Positions 35,201 to 39,976 of a DNA stretch of 39,976 nt are shown here, in pieces. The position numbers were made by a program, and so were the translations under genes. The stretch is from Octopus bimaculoides. Taxonomy: Eukaryota. Under the pieces are notes generated by a model that was given only the letters and a program-made list of their open reading frames with translations, was not told where the DNA came from and did not search any database. Position 1 is the stretch's first letter. Every line of letters begins with the position of its first letter. The stretch is taken from assembly GCF_001194135.2 (NCBI RefSeq), contig NC_069000.1, positions 23,821,855-23,861,830 on the forward strand. Reading direction: 5' to 3'.

Positions 35201-37131
35201 GCCTTTTGGACACAGGAATGCTGCTAGCACATTCTAGAGGTTTATTGACGAAGTTGTTCATGGTTTGCATTTCATCTTTGCTTATATCGACGATCTGCTT
35301 ATCACAAGTTTTACTCTAGAAAAACACATTCAACACTTAACACTGCTATTTCAATGTCTGTCAACGTACCAAATGTGTTTTTGGTTCCTCTTCTTTGAAA
35401 TTTTTGGGACATCTCATAGACAGTGATGGAGTTCATCTTCTGCCTGAGAAAATTCAAACAATACAGTGTTTAGCTCCTCAGTTACAAATGCTTTATCCAG
35501 ACTTTCTATTTGTTCTCTATCTTCCACTTCAGAGATAGCCTGCTTTGACCTCATTAGATACTACATCTAACAAATTTTCTACTTGTCAATTCAAGTACAC
35601 ACCACTCCCAACTGCTGAGAAGACAATCTTGTGTGATGTTTCTACTGGAGATCCATGTCCATTAGTTCCTGAGTACCACCAGATGTTTTCAACACTTTGC
35701 ACTTGCTCTCTCATCCTGGCATTGGTAAAGCTAATTTTGGCCCAATTCTTCTCGCCGAATATGCATCAGCATATTACCGCATGGTCTCGGAATTGCCAGC
35801 AGTGTCAGCATTCAAGGATACATAGACACATTCAAACAACCAGATGCCTGTTTTCAACATGTCCATATCAACCTAATCAGTCCTTGGCCTGTCAGCAATG
35901 GATTCACTTACATCCTCACAAGTGTAGACCATTTTACACGCTGGCCAGAGGCTGTTCCTTTACGCAATATTGCAGCAGAGTCTGTTGCCCAAGCTTTCAT
36001 AGCCACTTGGATTTCTCATTTCAGTGTTCCCTTATAAATCACAACTGACCACGACAGACAGTTTGAGTTGCAGCTGTTTGCAAAATTGTCAAAGTTGTTG
36101 GGTGTTAAGCACATCCACACCACCAGCTACCACCCGGCATCTAATGAGATAGTAGAATGATTTCATTGTCAGCTCAAAGCTGCACTGCGATCCTATCCAG
36201 ATCCTCACCACTGGAGTGAGTACCTTCCTTTTGTTCTTTTGGGGTGTAGATCCTCTGTGAAAGAAGATCTCGGTTTTATGCCTGCAGAACTACTTTACAG
36301 CATGCCTTTGTCACTCCTGGGTCAAATGTTTACCCCTGTGGATTTAGCTGCTCAAGATCCCACTGCATATGCATATCGCTTATGTACCTATTTTGCTGAT
36401 CTACTGCCTATGTCTTCTTGAGGACAGGCTATACCTTCTTTTGTTCCACAAGACATTTCCTCGTGGACTCATGTATTTTTGAAGGATGATTCTGTGAGGG
36501 GACTGCTCAAACAACTGTATAAAGGACCCTATCATGTCCAAGCAAAGACTGACAAACATTTTAGCATAGACGTTAATGGCAAAAAAGAAACAGTATCTGT
36601 TGACAGGGCGAAGCATGTTTTTGCTGAAGCCCCCACTCAGAAACCAAACATCCTCCATTTTAAACCACAAAATGCTGCAGATATCACACCTATACCTCCA
36701 CCAGCATCAACAACGCAGTCATCTACCCCTTCATCTTCTCATACCACCGCCACATGCAGTGGGCGCAAGGTCCACTGACCTAAAAAACTTGCAAAACTAT
36801 ATATTTAAAAATAATTCTATGACTGCCTGTTTTTTGTAATCATGCATTTTCTATGTATTTTCATGTGATGTTTATTTTGTGTCCAAAGCATGCATTTCTA
36901 TGCTTTACTATTTATATGCAAATTTCCTACATTCTTTTTTCACCTTGTTTAAATTTTCACACATTTTATTTTGTTGTAAGATGCTGCATTTTTTTTCTTA
37001 CTCTGCATAATTCTGCATGCACTCTAATAACTGTACAAGCATGTTCAACCCTTTTGTCTTACCATTTTTGCTAGCAGTTCTTTCCTATCATCGCACATTT
37101 TTGTCCTACAAATGTTCTAGTTGGGGAGTTC
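35198..37131 (+). mobile_element. Ty3/Gypsy LTR retrotransposon internal remnant (RT, truncated RNase H, integrase, PPT)
   Basis: LPFGHRNAASTF*RFIDEV..FAYIDDLLI (YxDD), FLGHLIDSDGV, VTNALSR, LCDVSTGDP, CQQCQ (HHCC), [47 protein letters not shown]. Polypurine tract GGGGAG at 37123-37128. Confidence 0.92.
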
Positions 37132-37764
37132 TGTAGCAGAATGGATTGACAAAAGCATAAATGACAGACTATTCTCTCTCCCTTTTATTTATAGTTGTTG
37201 TTTGGACATAACAGAGAGCACTTAGCTATAAAGATCATGTTTTAACCATTTGCTCTAATTGGGTAGTTTTTAAGCGCAATTTATCCCCTGAACAATTACG
37301 CCAAATTACCTGTTCAACCAATCAGATGCACTCAAATGGATCACGTGTTCCCTTGGCAGAAAAACCTTTCACATCTCTGTGGAGCCTAGCAATTTCCTTA
37401 AATAGATCAGATTTTCTCTGCTTAGAGAGTCTAGCTTGCATTTGCAGCAGGAAGCTATTTGCTTGCTTTCCCTGTGTTACAACACAATGAACAGACAGTC
37501 AACAGCGACACCTGCTGGGTTCGACTACTCCACATTGATAAAGGGCAAATACTCTGAAATTAGCCTGTGGATGTCTGAACCAGTATGGGGAAGCTGATGA
37601 CCTTGTGATTTATTGATGGCCATGGTAAAACTGAAACTCACTGGAAATTGAAGTCATTAGAATTGAAATGGGACATCATGTCCTGAGTCTGTGCAGCAGA
37701 GTCTTATATGTGCTTATCATCTAATCGATGCATCTTATGCTCAGGTCTCTCCTAAGAACATACA
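37132..37764 (+). repeat. Putative 3-prime LTR of the Gypsy remnant
   Basis: Starts TGTAG three bases after the PPT. The tentative end is ..CATACA at 37764. No 5-prime LTR is present to confirm it. Confidence 0.5.
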
Positions 37765-37899
37765 ACTGAGGCTTAAAGTTGCATATCACCAAATTTATTC
37801 CTCCTCTGTTCAGCTACCTCCTGAACTCACTGCTGATGTATTGTGAGGGTCTCTTGATTCTGTTGCCCTAATAAAATTCCTTACACACATGCGTATGCA

Positions 37900-37926
37900 T
37901 ACACACTGACACACACACATGTGCAT

Positions 37927-37960
<34 letters not shown>

Positions 37961-37980
37961 GCACAAACAGACACACACTC
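37900..37980. repeat. (CA)n microsatellite
   Basis: Direct read. Confidence 0.95.
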
Positions 37981-38194
37981 AGCATGAGTGATATACATTT
38001 AAAGTGAGAAAGAGTAAGAGAGGGTGTGGTAAATGTAGAAAAGAAAAGCATAAAAGACCAAGAGAAACAGATAGAGAGAAAGGAACTTTTCTGTTGCTGT
38101 CTCAGATTTTGAAATTTTAAAATCAAATGAAAATTTCCAGATTTGGTATATTGATATAATTTTTTACTCTGAATCCAATTTTGTGATTCATTTG

Positions 38195-38921
38195 NNNNNN
38201 NNNNNNNNNNNNNNNNNNNNNNNNNNNNNNNNNNNNNNNNNNNNNNNNNNNNNNNNNNNNNNNNNNNNNNNNNNNNNNNNNNNNNNNNNNNNNNNNNNNN
38301 NNNNNNNNNNNNNNNNNNNNNNNNNNNNNNNNNNNNNNNNNNNNNNNNNNNNNNNNNNNNNNNNNNNNNNNNNNNNNNNNNNNNNNNNNNNNNNNNNNNN
38401 NNNNNNNNNNNNNNNNNNNNNNNNNNNNNNNNNNNNNNNNNNNNNNNNNNNNNNNNNNNNNNNNNNNNNNNNNNNNNNNNNNNNNNNNNNNNNNNNNNNN
38501 NNNNNNNNNNNNNNNNNNNNNNNNNNNNNNNNNNNNNNNNNNNNNNNNNNNNNNNNNNNNNNNNNNNNNNNNNNNNNNNNNNNNNNNNNNNNNNNNNNNN
38601 NNNNNNNNNNNNNNNNNNNNNNNNNNNNNNNNNNNNNNNNNNNNNNNNNNNNNNNNNNNNNNNNNNNNNNNNNNNNNNNNNNNNNNNNNNNNNNNNNNNN
38701 NNNNNNNNNNNNNNNNNNNNNNNNNNNNNNNNNNNNNNNNNNNNNNNNNNNNNNNNNNNNNNNNNNNNNNNNNNNNNNNNNNNNNNNNNNNNNNNNNNNN
38801 NNNNNNNNNNNNNNNNNNNNNNNNNNNNNNNNNNNNNNNNNNNNNNNNNNNNNNNNNNNNNNNNNNNNNNNNNNNNNNNNNNNNNNNNNNNNNNNNNNNN
38901 NNNNNNNNNNNNNNNNNNNNN
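38195..38921. other. Assembly gap (727 N)
   Basis: N run. Confidence 1.
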
Positions 38922-39976
38922 CCTTCATTTTCTACATTACTCTTCCATCTATTTGGTAGATTTGCAAGGTCTCTCTTCCAAAACTCACTTGTCTGTGATG
39001 AAAAATACTCCTCCAGAACTGTTCTGACCTCATCTATAGAATTCATATTTTTTCCGTCCAAATGATTTTGAAGACTGCAGAATAAATGATAATCAGATGG
39101 TGCAACGTCTGTCAAATATGGTGGGTGGGGCATCGTTTCCCATTCAAACTGCTTCAGCCTTTGGAATGTCATCTTTGCTAATGTGGCCAAGCATTAACCT
39201 AATGGAAGACTACCTTTTGTCTTGAGACCAAAGATGGTTGTTTTTCTTCTAGTGCTGACTTAAGCTGCTCAAGCTGCTCGCAGTAGATCTCCTTTGTTAT
39301 CATTAGGTTTGGGTTTAAAAGTTCAAAGTGGACTAAACCTTTCATATCCCACCAAACAGATAACAAAGCCTTACATGGGTGAAAACCTTCTTTAGCCTGG
39401 GGTGCCATTGTTTCTCCTTTCTCAGCCCACTGCCTTTGGTGCTTGACATTTTTACAGAGAATCCATTTCTCATAACCAGTCACATTCTGATGGTATGCAT
39501 TTTTCTGATGAATGATTGAATGGCCAAATCCAAGCTTCTCTGATAGTTCCTAAACAGTTACAATGGGATTTTGTTCCACCAGTGTTTGCAGGATGTCCTC
39601 GTCGAGCTCTACTGATCTTCCAGGACAAGGCATATCTTCTAGACTGTAGTTTCCAGCTCAGAATTTCTGAAACCACTGTTGACACTGGCTTATGCTTATT
39701 GTCCGATCCTCGTATACTGCCTTAATATTCCTTGTGTTGTTGCTTTTATTGAACTCAAAGCAAAATATGCCAAATATGTTCCTTTGTCACTTCTGTAATA
39801 GCTTTGAAAAAATAACTGTGAAAATCGAACTGCACTCTTCAAAACTTGCACTAAGAATAAGGACAAGGTAAAATTACTACCTGCTTTTATAGAAAGTTGG
39901 TGCAGGTAGTCTATCCCCTCCCCCTCTGACTTTTAGTTCATGTAATTGAAACACCCACATTATTTATGGGATGGCC
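38922..39976 (-). mobile_element. Mariner transposon with pseudogenised transposase; 5-prime TIR cut by the window end
   Basis: TGYEKWIL (cf. TGDEKW), HPCKALLSVWWDMKGLVHFELL (WVPHEL-clade layout), VVFH.DNA, PHPPYLTDVAPSDYHLF. N-terminal HTH remnants near 39560-39770. End ggccatcccataaataatg on -. Confidence 0.9.

Noticed and set aside
1-39976. CRISPR array, rRNA or prokaryote-type system
   Set aside because: No regularly spaced repeat-spacer array, rRNA-like sequence or operon structure; the window is intron-containing eukaryotic DNA.

Overview
AT-rich, microsatellite-dense animal genomic scaffold with three N gaps. The SINE families and repeat style look like an octopus (coleoid cephalopod) genome; this is recognition and inference, not a database match. 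Two protein-coding genes face each other tail-to-tail. (1) On +, a 739-aa open reading frame (2874-5093) has seven tandem C2H2 zinc fingers and a long low-complexity tail. (2) On -, a Na+/K+-ATPase beta-subunit gene is reconstructed as only two coding exons (31742-31323 and 20524-20027; 305 aa; GT-AG phase-0 intron of 10,798 bp). The rest is mostly transposon debris: tRNA-type SINEs, RTE LINE remnants, an R4/Dong-like restriction-endonuclease retrotransposon, Buster/Charlie and BED-finger hAT fossils, mariners and a mariner MITE, Helitron-like ends, and a deleted Gypsy element. The most notable signals are near-perfect inverted repeats in the ATPase beta intron (a 124-bp loopless palindrome and a 156-bp arm pair at 155/156 identity), an almost invariant Gln recognition code in the zinc fingers, and a triple CAGGTG E-box cluster just upstream of the ATPase beta start codon. 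I found no clearly novel multi-gene system; the findings are testable hypotheses.
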